From assembly GCA_964519305.1 (NCBI GenBank), contig CAZFHY010000025.1, positions 24,944-41,996 on the forward strand: 17,053 bases of DNA, written 5' to 3'. The translations under genes were made by a program, and so were the position numbers. The notes beneath the pieces were generated by a model that searched no databases, had not been told where the DNA came from, and was given only the letters and a program-made list of their open reading frames with translations. The stretch is from Candidatus Undinarchaeota archaeon (GTDB lineage Archaea; SpSt-1190; JASMDC01). Shown piece by piece: positions 7,602-14,885 of the stretch. Position 1 is the stretch's first letter, and every line of letters begins with the position of its first letter.

Positions 7602-8668
7602 ACCGCCCGGGACCGCGGTTCCCCAGGCGCAACCGGACACGGGACCGCCCGCCTCCGGAACGTCCGCGCCGGACCACGCCACTCTTCGCTACGCCCAGGG
7701 AGACCATTGTCAAGATAGAGACGACAACCGACGAAAAGTTCGGCTGCCGTCCTAGCGAGCGTGACATCGCTACTCACCTGCGCTTCGGCATTGTGAACCT
7801 CGACAAGCCTGCCGGTCCAACGTCCCACGAGGTGTCCTCATGGGTAAAGGACATCCTCGGTGCCGAGAAGGCCGGTCATGGCGGTACACTCGATCCCGCG
7901 GTCACAGGTGTGCTCCCGGTCGCCCTCGACGATGCGACCAAGGCGGTCCAGGCCCTGCTCCCCTCGGGAAAGGAGTATATCGCCCTCATGCGGCTCCACA
8001 GTGATGTGAAGCCTGGGCTCCTCAAGAAGACCATCGAGGAGTTCCAGGGCGAGATCCTACAGAAACCACCCGTGCGCTCGGCCGTCCGTCGACGGGTGCG
8101 CAAGCGTACCATCTACTACATCCACCTCCTCGAGTTCAAGGGCAGGGAGGTGCTCCTCCAAGTGGGATGCGAGGCCGGCACCTACATCCGTAAGCTCTGC
8201 CATGATATCGGGATAGCTCTCATGTGCGGTGCCCACATGGCCGAACTCCGTCGAACACGGGCCGGTCCGTTCGTGGAGGACGAAACGCAAGTCACACTCC
8301 ACGACCTCCTGGACGCCTATGTTTTCTGGAAGGAGGACGGACGTGAGGACCTCCTGCGCAAGGCCGTGCTCCCAGTAGAGCATGCCGTGGGAAACCTCCC
8401 GAAGCTCACCATCCTCGATACCGCTGTTTCCGCTGTCGCCCACGGAGCTCCCTTGGCCCTACCCGGTGTGACCAAGCTCGAGTCCAACATCGAAGTCGAT
8501 GACCTTGTCGCGATCATGTCCTTGAAAGGAGAACTGGTCGCCATCGGCAAGGCGACCATGAACTCCGACAAGATGGCACAGGGCAGGAAGGGTGTGTGCT
8601 CGAAGATCGAGCGCGTATTCATACCCCGCGGCGTATACCCCAAGATGTGGCACAGGACACCATCGTGA
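7598..8668 (+). CDS. cbf5: RNA-guided pseudouridine synthase Cbf5 (TruB family) with PUA domain
   Basis: NLDKPAGPTSHEV, GHGGTLDPAVTGVLP (catalytic Asp), KEY, QKPPVRSAVRRRVRKRTIY, CEAGTYIRKLCHDIG, HMAELRRTRAGPF, C-terminal PUA ending YPKMW; ATGA overlap with eL14. Confidence 0.96.
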   Translation: MNRPGPRFPRRNRTRDRPPPERPRRTTPLFATPRETIVKIETTTDEKFGCRPSERDIATHLRFGIVNLDKPAGPTSHEVSSWVKDILGAEKAGHGGTLDPAVTGVLPVALDDATKAVQALLPSGKEYIALMRLHSDVKPGLLKKTIEEFQGEILQKPPVRSAVRRRVRKRTIYYIHLLEFKGREVLLQVGCEAGTYIRKLCHDIGIALMCGAHMAELRRTRAGPFVEDETQVTLHDLLDAYVFWKEDGREDLLRKAVLPVEHAVGNLPKLTILDTAVSAVAHGAPLALPGVTKLESNIEVDDLVAIMSLKGELVAIGKATMNSDKMAQGRKGVCSKIERVFIPRGVYPKMWHRTPS

Positions 8669-8670
8669 CC

Positions 8671-9585
8671 ATGGAGGTCCCCGACCTCACCCCTTTGTAC
8701 CGGTACCGGGACATAATCCCCCACTTCGACGCTTTCCTTGAGAGCTGCGAGCAGCCCCTACCGCAGACCGTGCGGGTGAACACCCTGCGCGCCGATCCTA
8801 CGATTGTACAAGAGTCGCTAGAGGACCGGGGCATCGCTGCCGACCCATTCATATGGTACCCCGCCGGGCTGCGAGTGGACGTCGAACGCCCCGGTACGCT
8901 CTTCGAGCACTTCATCGGCCACATCCACTCACAGGAAGAGGTGTCGATGGTGCCACCGGTCGTGCTAGCGCCGCGGCCTGGCGAGCGTGTGCTGGACCTT
9001 TGCGCCGCGCCCGGCTCCAAGACGAGCCAGCTCGCTCAGATGATGGAGAACACCGGCCACATAATCGCCAACGACACAGCTAAAGGCCGCCTTCCAATTC
9101 TCCGCGCGAACTGTGAACGACTGGGAGTGGTGAACACGGGATTCTCTTCTTATGACGGGCGCAAGTTCCCCGACACGACGGTCGACCGTGTACTGCTCGA
9201 TCCTGCCTGCTCCAGCGAGGGCATGGCACGCAAGCGGCCTGACGTGCTCTGGCGCTACCACACGAACTTCCGTAAGGAGCTCCGGCGGGTCCAGACAGCG
9301 CTCATCGAAAGGGCATGCGAGCTAGTGCGTCCTGGCGGTATCCTCGTGTACTCGACCTGCACCTACGCACCCGAGGAGAACGAAGTACAGGTCGCACGGG
9401 CACTGGAGCTTGGGTTCGAGCTCGTGGACGATGCAGCCCCTTCCGGATTTATCTGCGCTCCGGGGCTCACCGAATGGGAGGACCATCAGTTCCCAGAACA
9501 GATGAGCCGGTGTATGCGAGTATACCCGCACCTCAACGATACGGGAGGTTTTTTCGTTGCCGCGCTTCGAAAGCGTCGAGCGTAA
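8671..9585 (+). CDS. NOL1/NOP2/Sun (RsmF-like) RNA m5C methyltransferase
   Basis: RVNTLR, SQEEVSM, VLDLCAAPGSKTSQ (SAM motif I), LLDPACSSEG (motif IV Cys), LVYSTCT..PEENE (motif VI Cys), YPHLNDTGGFFVA. ATG 8671 lies 2 nt after the cbf5 stop. Confidence 0.93.
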   Translation: MEVPDLTPLYRYRDIIPHFDAFLESCEQPLPQTVRVNTLRADPTIVQESLEDRGIAADPFIWYPAGLRVDVERPGTLFEHFIGHIHSQEEVSMVPPVVLAPRPGERVLDLCAAPGSKTSQLAQMMENTGHIIANDTAKGRLPILRANCERLGVVNTGFSSYDGRKFPDTTVDRVLLDPACSSEGMARKRPDVLWRYHTNFRKELRRVQTALIERACELVRPGGILVYSTCTYAPEENEVQVARALELGFELVDDAAPSGFICAPGLTEWEDHQFPEQMSRCMRVYPHLNDTGGFFVAALRKRRA

Positions 9586-10024
9586 ATCCATCGTGGCCTG
9601 GTGGGTCGAGCAGTTCGGTATACCCGAACAGGCCTTCGACGACTTCGTCTTCTTCCGAAAAGGAGCGAACGCGGTATGGATGGTCGTCGATGGGCTCACC
9701 GAGTCTGTCCGGTACGACACGGTCGGCATCACGATCATGCGATCGTCCAGTATCGGTGCCGCCGGCTGGCGCCCGACCGGGACAGCGCTCCAAGCACTGG
9801 CCGAGCACATCACCTTGAACCGGCTCGTTCTGGAGAAGGAGCATGCGGTACAGTTCATCGCTGGTCAGGAGGTCACCCTCTCCGATGAGCATACCGACGA
9901 AGGACGACGGTACGTCCTTGTCTGCTACGAGGGTCGTGCCCTCGGATGCGGTCTTGCGAGCGGTACCCGGCTGATACCCCAGGTGTCCAAGGACCGGCGT
10001 ATCAGGGATATCGTCCTGCCGTGA
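9557..10024 (+). CDS. Pre-PUA/PUA-type protein (NIP7/RsmF C-terminal-like), probable methyltransferase partner
   Basis: TTG start with SD GGAGGT at 9544-9549; overlaps the methyltransferase by 29 nt. Pattern E-x-FGIP, WRPTGTALQ, AVQFIAGQ, YVLVCYEGRALGCG, QVSKDRR resembles the small protein encoded after archaeal NOP2/Sun genes (from recall). Confidence 0.72.
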   Translation: MPRFESVERKSIVAWWVEQFGIPEQAFDDFVFFRKGANAVWMVVDGLTESVRYDTVGITIMRSSSIGAAGWRPTGTALQALAEHITLNRLVLEKEHAVQFIAGQEVTLSDEHTDEGRRYVLVCYEGRALGCGLASGTRLIPQVSKDRRIRDIVLP

Positions 10025-10039
10025 GGTACCTCGCGCCTC

Positions 10040-10080
10040 GAAACGTATAAATACAGGGTGACCTGCCCGTTCTCACTGGG
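10040..10080 (+). promoter_or_regulatory. Archaeal BRE-TATA promoter of hydrolase 1
   Basis: GAAACG followed by TATAAATA (10046-10053) in an intergenic gap of GC-rich DNA, 31 nt before ATG 10085. Confidence 0.7.
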
Positions 10081-10084
10081 ACAG

Positions 10085-10930
10085 ATGGGAGGATACGAGC
10101 TTGGGGATGATCTCAGTATTCCTGAAGGCTATACTGTGGACAAGGTAATCGTCCCCGGGAACGGCGTTGAGCTCAATGGTGAGATATGGACACCTGACGA
10201 TTCCAACGGCGCTGGCGTCGTACTCTGCCACGGGTACAAAGGGAGCCGGGCCAATCACTACGACCTCGCCCAGATGTTGTACGACGAGGGTTTCACCGTC
10301 CTCCTCTACGACGAGCGTGCTCATGGTGCATCGGAGGCCGAATTCGATCTTCGCGGTATGATGGAGGACTCATCGATCGCCGTGGACTGGCTACGGGACC
10401 GTGTCGATGGTGGGAAGGTCGGTCTGTTCGGCCACAGCATGGGCGGGTACGTTACCGCTTCCTCGGCCGCCCTTTACGGGAACATGGACTGCCTGGTCAC
10501 CTGGGGCGCTCCGATCAGCATGCGCACCGCAACGAAGGACCACCCTGACGGACGACTGCCGCGCTTCCTGTACTGGAGCCAGCTATATCGGATCCTTCAT
10601 ATCCCGTTCACTCGTGATTTCCTACACACCAGCGACCTTGGTGCCCTGGTGGGCGACGTCATGGACCCCGACCAGCCTAACCTCTCGGAGCTTGCGGCCA
10701 AGATCGAGATGCCTTACACGATCATCCACGGCACCGAGGACGCGGAGGTCCTCCCTTACAACGCAGAGGGCATCCATAAGGCAACGGACGGTTCGGCCGA
10801 GCTCGCATGGGTCCCCGGAGGCCACCATAATCTAGATCCGCTCCATCCATATGCGGACGACGACGGTACGCGGGTCGTGGCCATGGAGGCCGCAGTAGAT
10901 CGGTTCAAGCGATACCTCCTCGACGCCTAG
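10085..10930 (+). CDS. Alpha/beta-fold serine hydrolase (esterase/lipase-like), paralog 1
   Basis: VVLCHG oxyanion motif, YDERAHGAS, GHSMGG nucleophile elbow, IIHGTEDAEV (Asp), GGHH (His). ATG 10085 preferred over GTG 10058, which lies inside the promoter. Confidence 0.92.
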   Translation: MGGYELGDDLSIPEGYTVDKVIVPGNGVELNGEIWTPDDSNGAGVVLCHGYKGSRANHYDLAQMLYDEGFTVLLYDERAHGASEAEFDLRGMMEDSSIAVDWLRDRVDGGKVGLFGHSMGGYVTASSAALYGNMDCLVTWGAPISMRTATKDHPDGRLPRFLYWSQLYRILHIPFTRDFLHTSDLGALVGDVMDPDQPNLSELAAKIEMPYTIIHGTEDAEVLPYNAEGIHKATDGSAELAWVPGGHHNLDPLHPYADDDGTRVVAMEAAVDRFKRYLLDA

Positions 10931-10956
10931 AACACTAGTTTTCCACCTGTCGGGTT

Positions 10957-11000
10957 CAAAACCTTTATATACAGCCTGACACGGCCTAGCACGACTGGGG
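10957..11000 (+). promoter_or_regulatory. Archaeal BRE-TATA promoter of the 11005-12958 two-gene unit
   Basis: CAAAACC followed by TTTATATA (10964-10971), 33 nt before ATG 11005. Confidence 0.7.
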
Positions 11001-11004
11001 ACAT

Positions 11005-12141
11005 ATGGAAGCGTACGAAGACGTAGAGCCAGCTTCCCGTTTCGACGGGGTCTGGTTCGAGGTGTACGATGCCAAGGGATACCAGAGCCTCATCGACGCT
11101 ACTGACGGCTACAAGAGCCTCATCGAAGCGACCCGGGCACTGGCCGATGGCGGGACGGGGGGCGACGACGACTATCTGGTGGAAACGCTCGGATATCTTC
11201 GGGACAACGGCATACGGGTACGCGCATGCCTTCCGCTCGACCTCTACAAGGAAGGGCTCTTCGACGAGCTGATGGACGTGTCCAGAGAGGCCGGTCTCGG
11301 GATCGACGTCTGGCCTGTGCTCAACAAGGAGCACGGCATCTGGGTCAACAAGGAGAACATCGACGTCTACGTCGACTACGTCAAGGAACTGGAGGAACGG
11401 TACGGGGACACCTTCAGGGAGATGGACTCGCGGCTCATGGTGGACATCGAGCCCCAGGAGAGCTGGACAGGCCACATCATCGACCAGGTTACCATGTTCT
11501 TCTCTCCCCGGAAGCGCGAGGAGCACGAGCGGGCCGTGAAGGAAGCGGGTGAGAAGCTCACCGGGCTTGCAGATTACCTCAAGGAGCGGGGTGTCGGTTC
11601 AGTGGCCATCCTCCCCGAGCGCAAGCGTGGTTTCCTCGAACGGTTCGGGGCACCGCTCCCGGACCTCTCCCATTTCGATGGTATCGAGCTTATGAGCTAC
11701 GCATCAATGACGCTCAAGCCCTTCATGACGGACACGTTCGCCCATAAGGTGCTAACCGACCACGTCAACAAGCTCTATGAGGCCTATCCCGACAAGGATA
11801 TCGGCGTCAGCCTCGGCATCACAGAGGCCGGTTACGGCCATCGTTCCCTGGTGGAACTGTTCGATCTCTACTACCACACGCCTGAAGGCAGGGAGAAACT
11901 GCGGAACCAGCGTGAGGTCATCGAGGAAGTAGCTCGCGAGGCAAGGGAGCGGACCGGGAGCGACAAGCAGTACGCCGTGTCGTTGTTCCAGCTCGTGGAC
12001 CTGAAGCGTGACTGGGCCGAGCGGTTCGATATCAAGGAGTATGAGGGACCAACACGGCCTGACGATCCCGGCTGGCGTAACGCGCTCGCCCGGTGGTTCG
12101 GCCGTCTGGTGCAGCGGGGGACCCCTGTAGAGGAGGTATGA
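11005..12141 (+). CDS. Uncharacterised protein, probable (beta/alpha)8 glycoside-hydrolase-like fold (GH18-like)
   Basis: 378-aa ORF with GC-rich third positions and its own promoter. Alternating beta/alpha pattern with LMVDIEP, FDGIELMSY, IGVSLG and AVSLFQL. The CDS is secure; the fold is inference. Confidence 0.6.
   Translation: MEAYEDVEPASRFDGVWFEVYDAKGYQSLIDATDGYKSLIEATRALADGGTGGDDDYLVETLGYLRDNGIRVRACLPLDLYKEGLFDELMDVSREAGLGIDVWPVLNKEHGIWVNKENIDVYVDYVKELEERYGDTFREMDSRLMVDIEPQESWTGHIIDQVTMFFSPRKREEHERAVKEAGEKLTGLADYLKERGVGSVAILPERKRGFLERFGAPLPDLSHFDGIELMSYASMTLKPFMTDTFAHKVLTDHVNKLYEAYPDKDIGVSLGITEAGYGHRSLVELFDLYYHTPEGREKLRNQREVIEEVAREARERTGSDKQYAVSLFQLVDLKRDWAERFDIKEYEGPTRPDDPGWRNALARWFGRLVQRGTPVEEV
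11077..11136 (+). repeat. Diverged 30-bp in-frame tandem duplication (GYQSLIDATD / GYKSLIEATR)
   Basis: GGATACCAGAGCCTCATCGACGCTACTGAC followed directly by GGCTACAAGAGCCTCATCGAAGCGACCCGG. Confidence 0.85.
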
Positions 12142-12148
12142 GCCAGAT

Positions 12149-12958
12149 ATGTACGAGTACGCCGTGGAAGAGGTGACGATCCCTGGTCACGGGGCCGTTG
12201 TCCACGGTGAGGTATGGACGCCTGACGATCCCAACGGTGCGGGCGTCGTGCTCTGTCATGGGTACGCTGGGGGCCGCTCGGACCTGTACGACCTTGCAGG
12301 GATGCTGTACGATGAGGGCTTCACGGTCATGCTCTACGACGAGAGGTGTCATGGAGCATCTACGGCCGAGTTCGACCTTGACGGGATGGTCGACGATGCA
12401 ACGACCGTCGTCGATTACATGCGTGACCTGCTCGACGACGGGAATGTAGGCATCTTCGGTCACAGCATGGGCGGGTACGTCGCGTCGCGGGTCACGGCCA
12501 GCGATGCACCAATCGACGCGCTCGTCACGTGGGGCGCACCGACGAGCCTATCGGATGCCGCCGAGTCCTATCCCATGGGCAGTGTCGTCCGCTGGCTCTA
12601 CAGGGTCGGTGTTCACAAGCTCCTGCACTTCCCGTACAACCGACATGGTATCCATGCGCCCGACTTCGGGGAACTCATCGACAAGGTCCTGGATCCCACC
12701 CAGGAGAACCTCAGGAACGTCGCGAAGGACATCTCCCCGACACCTCACACGATCATGCATGGGACCCACGACCGGACCGTGCTCCCACGCAACGCCGACG
12801 CCATCTACGAGGCTACCGAGGGCTCGGCCGAGATGGTGTGGGTAGAGGACGGACGTCACGTCCTCTCAATATTTTTCCCACAAGCCGATGAGCGACCGCC
12901 GCGACAGGTGGCGCTGGAGACGGCCGTGGACAGGTTCAAGCGGTACCTGCTGGAGTAA
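12149..12958 (+). CDS. Alpha/beta-fold serine hydrolase (esterase/lipase-like), paralog 2
   Basis: VVLCHG, YDERCHGAS, GHSMGG, IMHGTHDRTV, DGRH. Colinear with 10085-10930 through to AVDRFKRYLL. SD GAGGAGGT at 12130-12137. Confidence 0.92.
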   Translation: MYEYAVEEVTIPGHGAVVHGEVWTPDDPNGAGVVLCHGYAGGRSDLYDLAGMLYDEGFTVMLYDERCHGASTAEFDLDGMVDDATTVVDYMRDLLDDGNVGIFGHSMGGYVASRVTASDAPIDALVTWGAPTSLSDAAESYPMGSVVRWLYRVGVHKLLHFPYNRHGIHAPDFGELIDKVLDPTQENLRNVAKDISPTPHTIMHGTHDRTVLPRNADAIYEATEGSAEMVWVEDGRHVLSIFFPQADERPPRQVALETAVDRFKRYLLE

Positions 12959-14819
12959 TCAGCAACTCACCCTCGGGTGGACCGTGACCACCCCAAAAGG
13001 TCGACAGGTCCTCGTTGATATCGTCCGTGCACAGTTCGTCCGCACGCCGGTCGAACCAGTGAGGTGGCATCATCCGGGCATAGAAGGGTTGGGCAAAGCG
13101 CTCACCCACAAGCACGACCGTCCCCACGTCCTCGGGCGTACGTATGACGCGGCCTGCGGCCTGGATCACTTTGTTCATCCCTGGATAGGCGAAGGCGTAG
13201 GCGAACCCGAAACCCGTCTTGTGATCGAAATGACGTTTCACCAGCTCCTGTACGAGGCATACCTTTGGAAGGGCTGGACCCACCACCACGCTTGCTGCCA
13301 GTGCCTTGCCAGGCAGGTCGATCCCCTCTGAGAGGGTCCCGCCGAGGACACCAAGGAGAAGGAGATTGCGCTCCTGCTTCATCCGTTCAAGGAGCAGGGT
13401 GCGCTCGAGGTCTCTCATACCCGACCGCTGCACGACCAGTTCCCGGTCGGGCGGAACGGTCAGATGTCCACGTACAAGGTCCATGTAGGCGAACGACGGG
13501 AAGTAGGCCACTGCGTTCCCTCTGGCGTTCTGTGCAACGGCCGTGATCGTGTCGGCCACTCGTTGTGCGGATTCGTTCCGGTCCCTGTACCGGGTAGACG
13601 GACCGGGGACCACGCGGACAAGGCGGTTCTCCCGTGGGAATGGCGAGGGCAGGGAGAGCGTGCGGCAGTCCTTGGGGAATCCCAGCACGTCCCGGAAGAA
13701 CCTCATGGGCTCGAGCGTAGCGGACATCCCGACCGCGGCATGGAATCCGCTGATACGCCGTGAGAGCACTCGCGATGGATCGAGGCACACGATCTGGAAG
13801 GTGTCCTCCTCCCGCCGATATATGTAGGTGAACTCGTCACCGGCCTGGTCGAGCACTATATGGAAGTGGAGGAGGGTCGAGAATGCATCGGCGAGCTTGT
13901 CCCGACGTTCTCCCTTCAACCTCCGCTTCCGCGGTAGCCTGAAGTACTCCTCCATGGCCTCAGTCACCGCCATAGCGACGAGATGGAAGCGTTCGTCATC
14001 CAGCTCTACAAGGAAAGCGTCCTCCGGGCGGTACCACCGCTCGGGGTCCAGGTACACTGAGTCAAGGACCGTCCCCACCTCCCCCCACGCCTCGGCCAGG
14101 CGGGAGAAAACCGGCTCACGACGGTCCCGGCATCGCTTGATGACATCATCGACCAGGGCCCGTGAGAGCACAGGACTGAAAGCGTCCATCGCCCTGTCCC
14201 TGAGGTTATGTGCCTCATCGGCCACCAGCACCATGTCATCGTAGTGACCCGAGAAATATCTCTGGATGAACACGGTAGGGTGGAAGACGTAGTTGTAGTC
14301 GCATACCACCACAGAGCATGACATGGAGGCGTCCAGGGACACCTCGTACGGGCATAATCCCCCGCATTCATCCGATGCCTTGAGCACGTGACGGGGTAGT
14401 ATGATGGACCGTTCAGCCAGTTTAGCCAGTGCGTCCCCTGATCCCTTGCGGCGGTAGGCGTTCATTCGCGGGCAGCTGGGGCACACCCCGTCCGGAACCG
14501 GACAGATACGTCCCTTCGCTGCGATGCGGATCGCCCGCAGTCCCCAACCGGCCTCCACCATCTTGGCGTAGGTGTCCATCACCACGAGCTGGTGGGTAGT
14601 GCGTGCCGTGACGTAGAAGAGCCGGTCACCGGTGATCGCCTGATGTCGTGCTGCACCGTACACGGCGGCCGCCGTCTTGCCGATGCCCGTAGGGGCGGAG
14701 AGGAGTAACCGTGCCCCGTCGTCCAGCGCTGCCGTGATGGCGTCAGCGGCCTCGTCCTGGTGCGGCCGCATGGCTGGAAAGGGGAACGTCCCTTCGACCG
14801 GACCATCCTTATCCTCCAC
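12936..14819 (-). CDS. XPD/DinG/Rad3-family Fe-S cluster ATP-dependent DNA helicase (SF2)
   Basis: Q motif FPFPAMRPHQ, Walker A APTGIGKT, Cys cluster ICP..VCPSC...LCPYE, CDYNYVF, DEAHNL, MSATL, SEGIDL, QAAGRVIR; GTG start. Confidence 0.94.
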   Translation of the reverse strand: MEDKDGPVEGTFPFPAMRPHQDEAADAITAALDDGARLLLSAPTGIGKTAAAVYGAARHQAITGDRLFYVTARTTHQLVVMDTYAKMVEAGWGLRAIRIAAKGRICPVPDGVCPSCPRMNAYRRKGSGDALAKLAERSIILPRHVLKASDECGGLCPYEVSLDASMSCSVVVCDYNYVFHPTVFIQRYFSGHYDDMVLVADEAHNLRDRAMDAFSPVLSRALVDDVIKRCRDRREPVFSRLAEAWGEVGTVLDSVYLDPERWYRPEDAFLVELDDERFHLVAMAVTEAMEEYFRLPRKRRLKGERRDKLADAFSTLLHFHIVLDQAGDEFTYIYRREEDTFQIVCLDPSRVLSRRISGFHAAVGMSATLEPMRFFRDVLGFPKDCRTLSLPSPFPRENRLVRVVPGPSTRYRDRNESAQRVADTITAVAQNARGNAVAYFPSFAYMDLVRGHLTVPPDRELVVQRSGMRDLERTLLLERMKQERNLLLLGVLGGTLSEGIDLPGKALAASVVVGPALPKVCLVQELVKRHFDHKTGFGFAYAFAYPGMNKVIQAAGRVIRTPEDVGTVVLVGERFAQPFYARMMPPHWFDRRADELCTDDINEDLSTFWGGHGPPEGELLITPAGTA

Positions 14820-14855
14820 AACAGTGGAAAGGCCCCAACGGTATATAAGTCAGAC
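14820..14855 (-). promoter_or_regulatory. TATA-like promoter of the helicase, probably leaderless
   Basis: Minus-strand TTATATA (14848-14842) lies 22 nt upstream of the GTG at 14819; no SD. Confidence 0.55.
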
Positions 14856-14885
14856 AGGGGTCCCGTGCCGGTATCTCGGAAGTAA

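Noticed and set aside
8596-8670. Longer start for the m5C methyltransferase
   Set aside because: It overlaps the conserved Cbf5 C-terminus; ATG 8671 follows the cbf5 stop directly.
10023-10032. Perfect palindrome GAGGTACCTC upstream of the hydrolase 1 promoter
   Set aside because: A single 10-bp palindrome not repeated at the related promoters; expected by chance in 17 kb.
10931-10945. T-tract after hydrolase 1 as a terminator
   Set aside because: Only four consecutive T, which is too weak to call.
12138-12176. ATG 12138 overlapping the upstream stop, as a frameshifted start or leader peptide (MSQICTSTPWKR)
   Set aside because: It abuts the SD with no spacing. ATG 12149 gives a complete protein aligning with paralog 1, and no slippery site is evident.
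12936-14819. DinG helicase as part of a type IV CRISPR or other defence system
   Set aside because: No cas genes, array, nuclease or DNA methylase neighbours are present in the window.
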